A stretch of DNA of 51,995 bases from Gammaproteobacteria bacterium (GTDB lineage: Bacteria; Pseudomonadota; Gammaproteobacteria; JAHELT01). The position numbers were made by a program, and so were the translations under genes. The notes under the pieces are model-generated. The model was not told where the DNA came from. It saw only the letters and a list, made by a program, of their open reading frames with translations, and ran no database searches. Position 1 is the stretch's first letter; each line of letters starts with the position of its first letter. Positions 18,514-27,317 of the stretch are shown one piece after another. The stretch is taken from positions 1 to 51,995 of the forward strand of contig JBFJWO010000001.1 in the NCBI GenBank assembly GCA_041623575.1. The letters run 5' to 3'.

Positions 18514-20223
18514 ATGAACAAGCTCGCTTTGGTTCCGCTGCTGGCCGCGCTGGCACTCAGCGGATGTAATCCGGGCCAGCCCAGTGGCGGCGGCAGCAGC
18601 GCATCGAACGTTCGAGGCACTGCAGCGCCGTTGAGCGACAGCGACTTCAACGCGATGAGCGCCGAGCAGCAATACCAGGTGGTCAGCAAGCTGCTCGGTA
18701 CCCTGTACAAGGGCATGCCGGTGGACGAGTTCTTCGACGTCTCCGCCGGTTTCGACGACCCGCAGGTCGCCTACACCAACGCGCTCGCGCGAATTCGACA
18801 GGCCGTCACCGAGGACATGCCGGCGGTCGAGCGAGACGCCATCGACCGCGCGATCGACGGCATCGACTCCGAGGGCAATCCCAACGAAGAACTGAACATG
18901 TACACGTTCGACGGCGACCGCCCGCGGGCGCTGCCGTTGGCGCGCATGCACGAATACCCGCTGAGTCGCGACGCGTACATCAACTGGATGGCCTACTTCC
19001 TGGCCAACACCATCATGTACTCGCCGGCGCTGGAGATGGAAAGCACCGACATCGTCAACGTCCAGAACATCGTGCGCAGACTGGTCGAGCAGATGACCAA
19101 CGGACTGTCGGTGCGCCAGATGGTGCGCTCGCAGCTGCCGACGATCGACCGCTGGCGCGTCTCGCGCTCGGCGGAGAACCACGCGCTGGAGGCCTATGAG
19201 CTGTACCTCGGGTTGTTCGACACCGAGGAAGACTCGCGCCGCGGCGGCATCGCCTGCAAGGACCTGTACCTGACCGACGAGGACCAGGGCTACCAGCTGG
19301 CGCGCACTGATTTTCCGAACTACGAAGAGCAGCTGATCCTCGACAACTACTACGTGATGACTTGCGACGACCTTCACGACGTCATCGCCGGCCACCCGCT
19401 GCTGTTGCCCCGCGTGACCGAGGTGATCATCAACTACCTCATGGACGGGCGCACCATCGGCGACCGTCTGGCGATGGTGGAATCGATCGTCGGCAGCGGC
19501 GCGGACACCTTCGAGGAGATCTTCACGGCCATCCTGTTCTCGCGGGAGTACCTGCTGAACACCGAGCGTCCGCGTTCGTTCGAGGAGACGACCATGTCGC
19601 TGCTCGCGACGCTCAAGTGGGACCCGCGCTTCAACGAGGGTATCGTCGACGAGCGCATCTTCGACAACATGACCAGCTCCGAGGGTGGTGCACAGGCCAT
19701 CTATCTCGGCACCATGGGTTGGCACAGCATGGCGCTCAAGATCGGACGCACGCCGTTCGTGCCCATGGACGCGCTCAGTTTCGCCAATTACCACAAGGGC
19801 TTGCGCGAGCAATTGCTGCGCCGCTCCGGCGCTTACACCGGCGAGATCGTCACCGTCGGGCGGGAGAACATCGACACCGGCGAGATCGACGAGGTGCAGA
19901 TCGTCGTGCCGGGGCTGATACTGACCGAAGACACCGACGCCGACCCGGGCGACGTGGACACCAAGCTGCAGCCCTACCTGGCCGACATCCGGCCGCAGGA
20001 CTATCTGAACCTGCTTTTCCTGAGCACGTTGCATCGGCGCGCGGACAGCGAGGAGATGGCGGACCTGATGACGCTGTTCGAGGACGACCTCAACTTCATC
20101 CGGGACGACGACGATGACGGTGACCTGGACGTCCGTACGGGCTTCCATGACGACATCGCTCGCGAGACCTTCGACTACGCGTCGCGGCTCCCCGAGTTCT
20201 ACTACGTGAAAAGCATCAACTGA
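18514..20223 (+). CDS. Lipoprotein of unknown function, possibly a distant DUF1800-like partner of the downstream gene
   Basis: The internal ATG at 18514 gives a lipoprotein signal with lipobox (MNKLALVPLLAALALSGC). 569 aa, acidic and helical-looking. The family call rests only on position upstream of a DUF1501-like gene and a weak ENHALEAYELYLGLF motif. Confidence 0.7.
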   Translation: MNKLALVPLLAALALSGCNPGQPSGGGSSASNVRGTAAPLSDSDFNAMSAEQQYQVVSKLLGTLYKGMPVDEFFDVSAGFDDPQVAYTNALARIRQAVTEDMPAVERDAIDRAIDGIDSEGNPNEELNMYTFDGDRPRALPLARMHEYPLSRDAYINWMAYFLANTIMYSPALEMESTDIVNVQNIVRRLVEQMTNGLSVRQMVRSQLPTIDRWRVSRSAENHALEAYELYLGLFDTEEDSRRGGIACKDLYLTDEDQGYQLARTDFPNYEEQLILDNYYVMTCDDLHDVIAGHPLLLPRVTEVIINYLMDGRTIGDRLAMVESIVGSGADTFEEIFTAILFSREYLLNTERPRSFEETTMSLLATLKWDPRFNEGIVDERIFDNMTSSEGGAQAIYLGTMGWHSMALKIGRTPFVPMDALSFANYHKGLREQLLRRSGAYTGEIVTVGRENIDTGEIDEVQIVVPGLILTEDTDADPGDVDTKLQPYLADIRPQDYLNLLFLSTLHRRADSEEMADLMTLFEDDLNFIRDDDDDGDLDVRTGFHDDIARETFDYASRLPEFYYVKSIN

Positions 20224-20239
20224 TCAGGCGAATCGAACC

Positions 20240-21814
20240 ATGAAACGTCGTACCTTTATCCAATCGGCCATGGGCGCCGGGACCGCGATCGCGGTTCCCT
20301 CGTCGCTGACCCTGAGCTCCCTGATCAATCCGGCTTTTGCGGCGCCGGCCTATAGCGAGCTCGACTTCGCCGCGCCGGCGGTGCTGCCGCAGGTGATCAA
20401 CATCTTCCTGTACGGCGGCGCCTCGGAGCTTGCCGGCAACCTGACCAACGTCGTCGACATCGACGCCAACTCCCAGAATCCCTACCCCGACACTCTGGTC
20501 GATCGCAACAACGGCGCGCCCGGCAACGGTGTGACGCGCAACGGGTTCTGGGCAGCGGCCGGCGGCAACGACATGGAGTTCATGCTCGAGCAGGGCTACA
20601 TGAGCATCTACCGCACGGTCATGAAGCGCAAGAACACCTCGCGCTCGCACCGCGAGAATATCTTCATGGGTCAGAAGGGCAGCCTCGACATCGAAGGCAC
20701 GCCCGGCATCGGGACGCGGCTCGCCTATATGCTGTACTCGCAGCGCAGCGCGATCCAGAGCACCACCGTGCTGGCGGACGGCAGCCCCATCGCGAGTGTC
20801 GAGAACATGCTGTTCCCGTTCATCTCCTTCGAGGGCGAGACCACCCTGTTCGCTTCCGACCCGTCGAACCCGTTGCCGCTGCGCATGCGCGGCCTCACGC
20901 TCGACGAGGACTTCGACAACCCCTACACCCGCGCCGGCGGCAACAACGGCGATGCGCTCGACGCGTTGGTGAGCAAGGTGCAGGCCCGCTATTCGAACTC
21001 GCGGTTCCAGCAGGCGATCAACGGCTTCGATCTGCGTCAGCAACTCGAGGAACGGATCGGTAACCTGTCCGCGGCCGCCGACGGCGAGTTGCCGGTCATC
21101 GACCAGGTCGTCGACCAGGGCAACAACTTCAACGCCAACAACAATCGGCTCGTCTATCCGAACAACGGTTTCGCCAATCGCGTGCGCGCCGCTGTGACGC
21201 TTGCCATCGAGAACCCGGCGACGGCGTTCATCGCCGTCGGTACCGCCGGCCTGGGCGGCTGGGACGACCACAACAACGGCTTCGACCGCTACCCGGTGCG
21301 CATGGCGCAGCTGATGGACACCATGGACGCCGCCATGAAGCACATCAAGTACTCCGGCACCCAGACCGCCAACGTCGTCTCGACGCCCGGCACCGCCGGC
21401 TCGGGGTCGCCGCTGGTGCGCACGACCGACAACATCGTCATCAACATCTACGGAGATTTCGGCCGCCTGGTGAACCGCAACAACTCCAACGGCTGGGACC
21501 ACGCCAACAACCAGAACCTCTACACGTTCGGCGGCGCCGCGGTGCAGGGCCGGTTCGGCCCTCGGCAGCTCGGCAAGATCGTCGGAACCACCGTGCGCGG
21601 CGGCAACTCCGGGCAGAACAATCAGTTCACGTTGCCGACCAGCGAGAGCTACGAGATCGAACCGCTCGCCATCGCCTCGACGACCTATACCTATTTCGGT
21701 GCCCAGAACCCGCACGTACTGACCAAGGACGAAGCGATGAACCCACTGGGCGACGAGGCTATCAACGAGAACATCGGCTCGGTGCCCATCGTGCCGGCGC
21801 CGCCGCCGGCCTAG
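20240..21814 (+). CDS. Tat-exported DUF1501-like protein (alkaline-phosphatase/sulfatase superfamily fold)
   Basis: Twin-arginine-like signal (MKRRTFIQSAMGAGTAIAV). DUF1501-like motif series (VINIFLYGGASE, SRSHRENIF, GGWDDHNN, INIYGDFGRL..NGWDHANN). Starts 16 nt after the previous stop. Confidence 0.75.
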   Translation: MKRRTFIQSAMGAGTAIAVPSSLTLSSLINPAFAAPAYSELDFAAPAVLPQVINIFLYGGASELAGNLTNVVDIDANSQNPYPDTLVDRNNGAPGNGVTRNGFWAAAGGNDMEFMLEQGYMSIYRTVMKRKNTSRSHRENIFMGQKGSLDIEGTPGIGTRLAYMLYSQRSAIQSTTVLADGSPIASVENMLFPFISFEGETTLFASDPSNPLPLRMRGLTLDEDFDNPYTRAGGNNGDALDALVSKVQARYSNSRFQQAINGFDLRQQLEERIGNLSAAADGELPVIDQVVDQGNNFNANNNRLVYPNNGFANRVRAAVTLAIENPATAFIAVGTAGLGGWDDHNNGFDRYPVRMAQLMDTMDAAMKHIKYSGTQTANVVSTPGTAGSGSPLVRTTDNIVINIYGDFGRLVNRNNSNGWDHANNQNLYTFGGAAVQGRFGPRQLGKIVGTTVRGGNSGQNNQFTLPTSESYEIEPLAIASTTYTYFGAQNPHVLTKDEAMNPLGDEAINENIGSVPIVPAPPPA

Positions 21815-21875
21815 TATCAGGGGCAGGGGACGATATCGGATATCGCACCCGGTCATTCACATCACCTCGATGATT

Positions 21876-21902
21876 TGCCCCTCCCCGGAGGGGCATTTTT
21901 TT
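21876..21902 (+). terminator. Rho-independent terminator
   Basis: Hairpin TGCCCCTCC-CC-GGAGGGGCA (7-9 bp GC-rich stem) followed by a T7 run, 62 nt after the DUF1501-like stop. Confidence 0.75.
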
Positions 21903-22487
21903 GGGCGAGGTCTGGGCGGATCGGCGCCGGTTCCACCGAGTTCCGGCAAGGCGAGCAACGATGCGAGGCGGCCGAGCTCGCGTCGACTGGGGCGCGACAG
22001 GCGAAAGCGGACCACGCGGGTGTCCGGCGGTTTCGCGAGCTCCGCGATCGACAGGCCGGCCGGCATGAGTGCGCGATGCAGCGAGACAGCTACCTCGCCG
22101 GCGTCGAGGGCTCGGGCGGGGCTCGAAGACCCGGGACCCCGTGCCACGCCTGGCCCAGCACTTGCCGTTCCCGGAGGAGTCAGGCGACCTGGGGCTGCGC
22201 GGCGGTGAACGCAACAGCACCGAACAGCGGCTCACCCCGGCCGTTGCGTGGAACCACGATCCGGGCGCCTGCTGCGCTCGCACGGGCACATGTATGTCCA
22301 GAAGGGTTGGGTCACGGCGCCGTGTACCCGTTGCGCTGAACGGGCCGTGACGACCGGGCGTTGTGCGCCCGAGCACTGCGGGTTCGTTCGCGACCGCGAT
22401 GAGGTCGAGCGTCATCTGCCGCGACGCGGAGACACTTCCTTGCGATGGCGCGGATCCGGTGCCGAGCCGGACAGCCGGCTGACACGG

Positions 22488-22510
22488 AAAAGGGGCCCGC
22501 AGGCCCCTTT
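22488..22510 (-). terminator. Rho-independent terminator for the DUF3570 operon
   Basis: Palindrome AAAAGGGGCC-CGCA-GGCCCCTTT. On the minus strand it is followed by a T-run and lies 27 nt downstream of the stop at 22537. Confidence 0.65.
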
Positions 22511-22536
22511 CACACCGGTCGATCGTTGGCCGACGG

Positions 22537-23781
22537 TTACTGGAAGACGTTCCTGAAGCTCAGTTGCAGCACCACGGCGTCGTGCTCGTCGAACTCGGTG
22601 TCGTCGTAGGTCTGGGCGACGTAGGAGGCGCGAAAACGCAACCGCCCGCCGCTCAGCACCGGGGTGCCGTACTTGAAGCCGATGGTGTAGCTCTGCATGC
22701 CGTCGAGGCGGTAGTCGGCGCTCACGAACTCGGGAATGGTGTCGATGTCGCTGGCGTCCGAGGTCGCGGAGTCGAGGAAGTGCGTGTAGAAGAACGCTTC
22801 GGTTTGGTCGTAGAGCCGGATGTTGGGTTCGATGAAGCTGCCGCGCTCGAGCTTGCGGTGGTACTTGAACTCCAGCGTGTTGGAGACCACGTCCCAGTCG
22901 TCGTCGTAGTAGCGGTAGGACAGGTGCAGGATGTTGCCGTCGCGCAACTGATGCGCCAGCTTGGTGTAGATCGAGTGGCGCTCGCGCGACTCCGGGCGGC
23001 TCTCGTAGACGGCGCCGCGCGGGCGTCTATCGCTGTCGGCGACGCTGACCAGCTTGTAGGGGTCGGTGTGGTAACCGTCCGACAGGCCGAGCGTCACGTT
23101 CATCTGGGCGATGGTGCGCGAGTTGATGACCCGCGAGAAGCCCACCAGCGCTTCCATGGTGTTGCGCCGCGCCTCGTCGACGAAGATCTCCGATTCGGGG
23201 TCGGCGAGGTTGCTGCGCGGCAGCGGCGTCTTGCCGCCGGTGCGCGAGACGGTGTCGAAAGTCGCCGCGATGCCGGCGTTGAACGTCGTCAGCCGGCTCG
23301 CGGTGTCCTTGGCGAAGTTGGCGCTCGCGCCGATCGACTGGTAGTCGTTCTCGACCGAGACGGCGGTGCCGTAAGTCACCGCGAAGGTACGGTTGTACTG
23401 GTGCGACCAGTCGAGCTTGGCGGCGAGCCGGGTGTCGTCGAACTCGGCCAGCGTCACGCCCGCGCCGCTGCCGGTGGCGAACTCGCCGCCGGAAACCCCG
23501 GTGACGGTCTCGATGCTGGCCGGGTCGGAGATCAACCCGGTGGGGGTCGCGCCGCTCATGGTGTCGTACACCAGTTGCAGGCTGACCGAGTCCTTGGTGC
23601 TGACGTTGCCGTCCACCGACGCGACCAGCTTGGTGACCGCCACGCGGTCGTCGCTCTCGGTGTACTGCAGCAGCGAGGAATCCACGACCCAGTCGTTGTC
23701 GACGCTGGTCTGGGCCAGCCCGTTGTGCTGCGCGAGCAGCGCGCAGCTTGCCAGCGCCAGGCGCGAGCGAAGGTTTTCCAT
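22537..23781 (-). CDS. DUF3570-family outer-membrane beta-barrel protein
   Basis: 414 aa with a signal peptide. Alternating beta-strand pattern, YRYYDDDWDV motif, aromatic C-terminus. Its start overlaps the DUF4266 stop by 1 nt (TGATG). Confidence 0.8.
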   Translation of the reverse strand: MENLRSRLALASCALLAQHNGLAQTSVDNDWVVDSSLLQYTESDDRVAVTKLVASVDGNVSTKDSVSLQLVYDTMSGATPTGLISDPASIETVTGVSGGEFATGSGAGVTLAEFDDTRLAAKLDWSHQYNRTFAVTYGTAVSVENDYQSIGASANFAKDTASRLTTFNAGIAATFDTVSRTGGKTPLPRSNLADPESEIFVDEARRNTMEALVGFSRVINSRTIAQMNVTLGLSDGYHTDPYKLVSVADSDRRPRGAVYESRPESRERHSIYTKLAHQLRDGNILHLSYRYYDDDWDVVSNTLEFKYHRKLERGSFIEPNIRLYDQTEAFFYTHFLDSATSDASDIDTIPEFVSADYRLDGMQSYTIGFKYGTPVLSGGRLRFRASYVAQTYDDTEFDEHDAVVLQLSFRNVFQ

Positions 23782-24020
23782 CAGTTACATCCGCACCCGC
23801 CGCCACCGACGCCCTTGCCGCCGGTAGCCGCTTCTTTGCTGAAGTAGAGGTGATCGTCGGCGTAGCTTTCCATCGCGTCCGGGACGAGTTGCATGTCGTC
23901 CTGGGCCAGCACGCCGCGTTGCCAGGGTTTCACGTCCTCGAACTTGAGCGCGTCGCCCATCGCGGAGCAGCCGCCGAGCAGCAGCAGACCCACGGCGACG
24001 CCGGGCAGCAGGGCGCGCAC
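23781..24020 (-). CDS. DUF4266-family small lipoprotein
   Basis: The GTG at 24020 gives VRALLPGVAVGLLLLGGC with a lipobox. Family hallmarks are present (VKPWQRGVLA..M, HLYFSKEAATGG, C-terminal GGGGCGCN). The GTG lies 1 nt after the TlpA stop. Confidence 0.8.
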   Translation of the reverse strand: MRALLPGVAVGLLLLGGCSAMGDALKFEDVKPWQRGVLAQDDMQLVPDAMESYADDHLYFSKEAATGGKGVGGGGCGCN

Positions 24021-24021
24021 G

Positions 24022-24510
24022 TCAGCGGCTCGCCAGCAGTTGGCGGATTTCCTTCTCCAGGCGCGCGGTGTCGACCCGCCGGAACCCTTTGTGCTCGGCG
24101 ACCAGCTCACCGTTGCGGTTGATCAGGTAGGAGCTCGGCATGACCTGCACCCTGTAGTGCTCGGCGGTACGTCCCGTCGGGTCGAAGGCGACGGTGAACT
24201 CCGCCGGCGTCTGGCGCAGGAACTGCTCGGCCAGGCCGCGGTTCTCGTCCAGGTTGACGGCGACGACCTCGAGGCCGTACTTGCCGTACTGCTTCTGCAT
24301 CGCGTTCATCCACGGGAACGACTTGCGGCAGGGCGTGCACCACGAAGCCCAGAAATCCAGGTAGACCACTCGCCCGCGGTAGGCGCTGAGATCGACCGGC
24401 GCCCCGCGCCCCTGCAAGGTGAAGCCCTCCGCCTTCGCCGCCAGGCCCGAGGAGGGTGCGAGTACGGCCAGCATCAGCAGGCTCGCAACGATTCTGACTA
24501 ACTTGTTCAT
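24022..24510 (-). CDS. TlpA/ResA-type periplasmic thiol:disulfide oxidoreductase
   Basis: ATG at 24510 with a GAAGGT RBS. Signal peptide (MNKLVRIVASLLMLAVLA). Thioredoxin fold with WASWCTPCRKSFP (CxxC). Confidence 0.88.
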   Translation of the reverse strand: MNKLVRIVASLLMLAVLAPSSGLAAKAEGFTLQGRGAPVDLSAYRGRVVYLDFWASWCTPCRKSFPWMNAMQKQYGKYGLEVVAVNLDENRGLAEQFLRQTPAEFTVAFDPTGRTAEHYRVQVMPSSYLINRNGELVAEHKGFRRVDTARLEKEIRQLLASR

Positions 24511-24923
24511 TGTTACCTTCACCGCGGTGAGATTGAGGACGTTGACTGCCGGGTGCGGACTCCGCAGCAGGCCTGCCGCTTCATCGGCAAATGGCCGCAA
24601 ACCTGTATGGCTCGCGTCGCAGGACGGGCGGATTCTGCGTTACACGGGTCTAGGGTTCTGTGAAAAGTTTCGCATTCCCGGCCTCGCGGCGGCGGCCTGG
24701 CGCCGATTTACGCCGTTTTTGTGACGCAACCCGTGGAAGCTCTGCCCGTGAGGTCCAGACTTGCTCCCCGGGCGGGTCGGCCCGGCCGGGGGACTTGCCC
24801 GCCGCGACCCGCGCGCAGGCCCGGGGAGTGCGCAAACGCGCCTGACGACTGGCTTTGGTGCGCCTTTTGCGCGAAAATTGCATGCTTGTGAGACACCGCC
24901 CGGTGACGAAGGACTCGACAGCA

Positions 24924-26000
24924 ATGACAGGTTCGGCAGGGACACGCTCGACACGCCGCGCACCGGCCTGTGCGCTCGGCGCGGCACTGGCCGTGGCCGC
25001 CGCGGGCGCGGTGGCCGAGCCGGTACGTGACGCAGGGGCTTTCCGGTTCGACGCGCTGCCCGGCCTGCAGGTCGGCAACGCCGTGCGGCTGCGGGCCGAG
25101 GCGCCCGAAACGATGCTGCTCGCGGTCCACGCGCCGGAGGACGACGTCGAGGAGACGCGCCACTGGGTGGCGGCCGACGACGGCGCCGACGACGAGCCGT
25201 ACCGGTTCGGCCTGGACTACCTGCACGGCAAGTCCACCATGAGTTTCGACTACCGCACCCGCTCGGGCAGCGATCACGAGCCGGGCGGCCTGTCGCTCGG
25301 TGTGGCGCGCTCCGCGTTCGGCGGGCAGACGACGTTCCGGGTCGGCGTGGCGCGCGGCGACGAAGCGACCAGCGGCGGCGCCGACACCCTGGAAGAGAGC
25401 ATCGAGCAGTTCAACTACACGCTGGGGTTCTCGCAGGTGCTGAGCCGCTCGCTGCTGATGGACGTCGGTTACGCCACCGGCGTGGAAGAAGGTCACGCAG
25501 CCGCTCTCGACCCCGCCGATCCGGCCGCCGCACCCGGCGATCGCGCCAGCAGCGCACTCTCGCTGAAAGCGTTCAAGAACTGGTCGGACAGCGCGAGCAC
25601 GCTGTTCGGCTACCGCTACTTCTGGGATTCGTGGGACGTGCGCGCGCACGCCTGGGAGGCGGAGCACACCAACCAGCTGCGCAACGGCTGGCTGGTGGAT
25701 CTCTACTACCGCTACTACACGCAGGGCAAGGCGTCGTTCCTGGGCGAAGGCTTCGCCGAGGAGCTGAGCCTCAGCGCGCGCGACCGGGAACTGGGCACGT
25801 TCGCCAGCTCGACGCTCGGGGCACGGCTGCGTTACGAGCTGTTCGACCGCGCGGGCGGGTTCAACAACGGCTCGTTGAATCTCTCCTACGAGGTCGTGGA
25901 ATACGACTACGGCAATTTCGCGGGTGGCGAGGGGCTCGGTGAAGATCCCTACTCGATCAGCGCGGACAGCCTGCGGTTGTTCTTCTCCCTGCGCTACTGA
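24924..26000 (+). CDS. Outer-membrane beta-barrel protein, DUF3570-like paralog
   Basis: Start placed at the internal ATG 24924, which is followed by an Ala-rich signal (ACALGAALAVAAAGAVA). The C-terminal half parallels the DUF3570 gene (YRYFWDSWDV, YYRYYTQGKASF, SARDRELG) and ends in an aromatic residue (FFSLRY). Confidence 0.6.
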   Translation: MTGSAGTRSTRRAPACALGAALAVAAAGAVAEPVRDAGAFRFDALPGLQVGNAVRLRAEAPETMLLAVHAPEDDVEETRHWVAADDGADDEPYRFGLDYLHGKSTMSFDYRTRSGSDHEPGGLSLGVARSAFGGQTTFRVGVARGDEATSGGADTLEESIEQFNYTLGFSQVLSRSLLMDVGYATGVEEGHAAALDPADPAAAPGDRASSALSLKAFKNWSDSASTLFGYRYFWDSWDVRAHAWEAEHTNQLRNGWLVDLYYRYYTQGKASFLGEGFAEELSLSARDRELGTFASSTLGARLRYELFDRAGGFNNGSLNLSYEVVEYDYGNFAGGEGLGEDPYSISADSLRLFFSLRY

Positions 26001-26027
26001 GCCCCGCCGCTCCCGGCGGGCAGCGGT

Positions 26028-26204
26028 TCATTCGTCGCTGATCTCCGGCAGCGTGACTGCGCGGCGCACGCCGCTTTGCGCACCGCTTTCGGCTGCACGC
26101 AGCTTGGCGATGCGTTCGGAGACGTTCTCGACGAGGTGGTCGTCGAGCTCGCAGTCGTGAAGGGCGCGCATCAGCAGTTGCAAGTTACGGGTCTTGGTGC
26201 TCAT
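26028..26204 (-). CDS. Small hypothetical protein (58 aa)
   Basis: ATG at 26204 preceded by a GGAGCAGGA RBS. Helical-looking sequence (MSTKTRNLQLLMRALHDCELDDHLVENVSERIAKL). I recognise no homology. Confidence 0.35.
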   Translation of the reverse strand: MSTKTRNLQLLMRALHDCELDDHLVENVSERIAKLRAAESGAQSGVRRAVTLPEISDE

Positions 26205-26579
26205 TCGATCCTGCTCCGAACAAACGAGTGTGATCATTGCCTGGCCTACACAGTGCAGAGACTGTGCCAAGCCCACGGGGGCGCAGAACGCCGCGCTGAA
26301 ACGTGACGTGACGCACATACCGCGCGCCTGGGCGGCGGGCGATGCCGGCCGGCAGAGGGCGCTCTGGCGAGCCGGTAACGGCCCTGTCGACGGCGCGCCA
26401 GTGCGGGTGTGACGGGGTTCACGTTTCGACTGACCCACCGCCGGGCGACTGAGAGACGCCGCGGGCGCTGAGAACTCCGCGCGCGGCGCACCGTCTAATG
26501 GGGTTCACGACGGCGCGACTTCGTGACCGGTCGCGTCGATCCTCGACGGCCGCCGCCGTACACACGAGAGGGCTGATTG

Positions 26580-27317
26580 ATGTCGAGTCGAATCACTTGC
26601 CTGGCCGGCTTGCTGGCGGGGATGCTGGCCATGGCCGGTGTGGCGGCGGCGGGCGAGGCGCGTCCGGTGGTGGTGGAGCTGTTCACCTCCCAGGGTTGCT
26701 ACTCCTGTCCGCCCGCGGACGAGCTGCTGGGCGAACTGATCCGCGAGCGAGCGGACGTGGTAGCGCTGGAATTCCACGTCGACTACTGGAACGACCTGGT
26801 CTGGGGCTCCGCCGGCAACTGGGAGGACCCGTTCTCCAGCGCCGAGTACACCGCGCGCCAGCGAGCCTACGCCGCCGCCGCGCTCAAGGGCCGGCGCGGC
26901 GTCTACACGCCGCAGATGGTGATCGGCGGGGTCTTCGCCGCGGTCGGGTCGCACGCCGGCACCGTGAGGCGGGGAATCCGCCATCTGCAACGCGAGGCCG
27001 CACCGCTCACGGTCGACGCGCGCCGCGACGGCGAGGCGCTCGAGATCACGGTGGCGGGGAATGCTCGTGCCGGCGCCAGCGTGTGGCTCGCCCGTTACGA
27101 CCTGGAGCACACCACCGAGGTCAGGGCGGGCGAGAACAACGGCAAGACCATGACCAACTTCAACGTGGTCAGGTCACTGCAGGAGGTCGGCGCCTGGCGC
27201 AACGAACCGCTGCGCCTGCGGGTGGACAACCTGGCGCTGGCCGACAACCAGGGCTGTGCGGTGTTCGTGCAGCACCGGCGACTGGGGGAGATCCTCGGCG
27301 CCGGCACCTGCCGCTAG
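26580..27317 (+). CDS. DUF1223-family secreted thioredoxin-like protein
   Basis: Signal peptide, then DUF1223 hallmarks (VVELFTSQGCYSCPPAD, ALEFHVDYWN, YTPQMVIGG). ATG at 26580 preferred over the TTG at 26577. Confidence 0.85.
   Translation: MSSRITCLAGLLAGMLAMAGVAAAGEARPVVVELFTSQGCYSCPPADELLGELIRERADVVALEFHVDYWNDLVWGSAGNWEDPFSSAEYTARQRAYAAAALKGRRGVYTPQMVIGGVFAAVGSHAGTVRRGIRHLQREAAPLTVDARRDGEALEITVAGNARAGASVWLARYDLEHTTEVRAGENNGKTMTNFNVVRSLQEVGAWRNEPLRLRVDNLALADNQGCAVFVQHRRLGEILGAGTCR

Noticed and set aside
21762-22415. 217-aa minus ORF and companions, considered as a toxin-antitoxin pair or PIN-domain gene
   Set aside because: No frame gives a continuous protein-like sequence, and the best stretches are split over three frames. 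I report the region only as a possible pseudogene or non-coding gap, not as a feature.
26001-26027. Short hairpin CCCGCCG-CTCC-CGGCGGG between convergent genes, considered as a bidirectional terminator
   Set aside because: It has only a 7-bp stem and no flanking T/A tracts, so support is too weak to list it as a feature.
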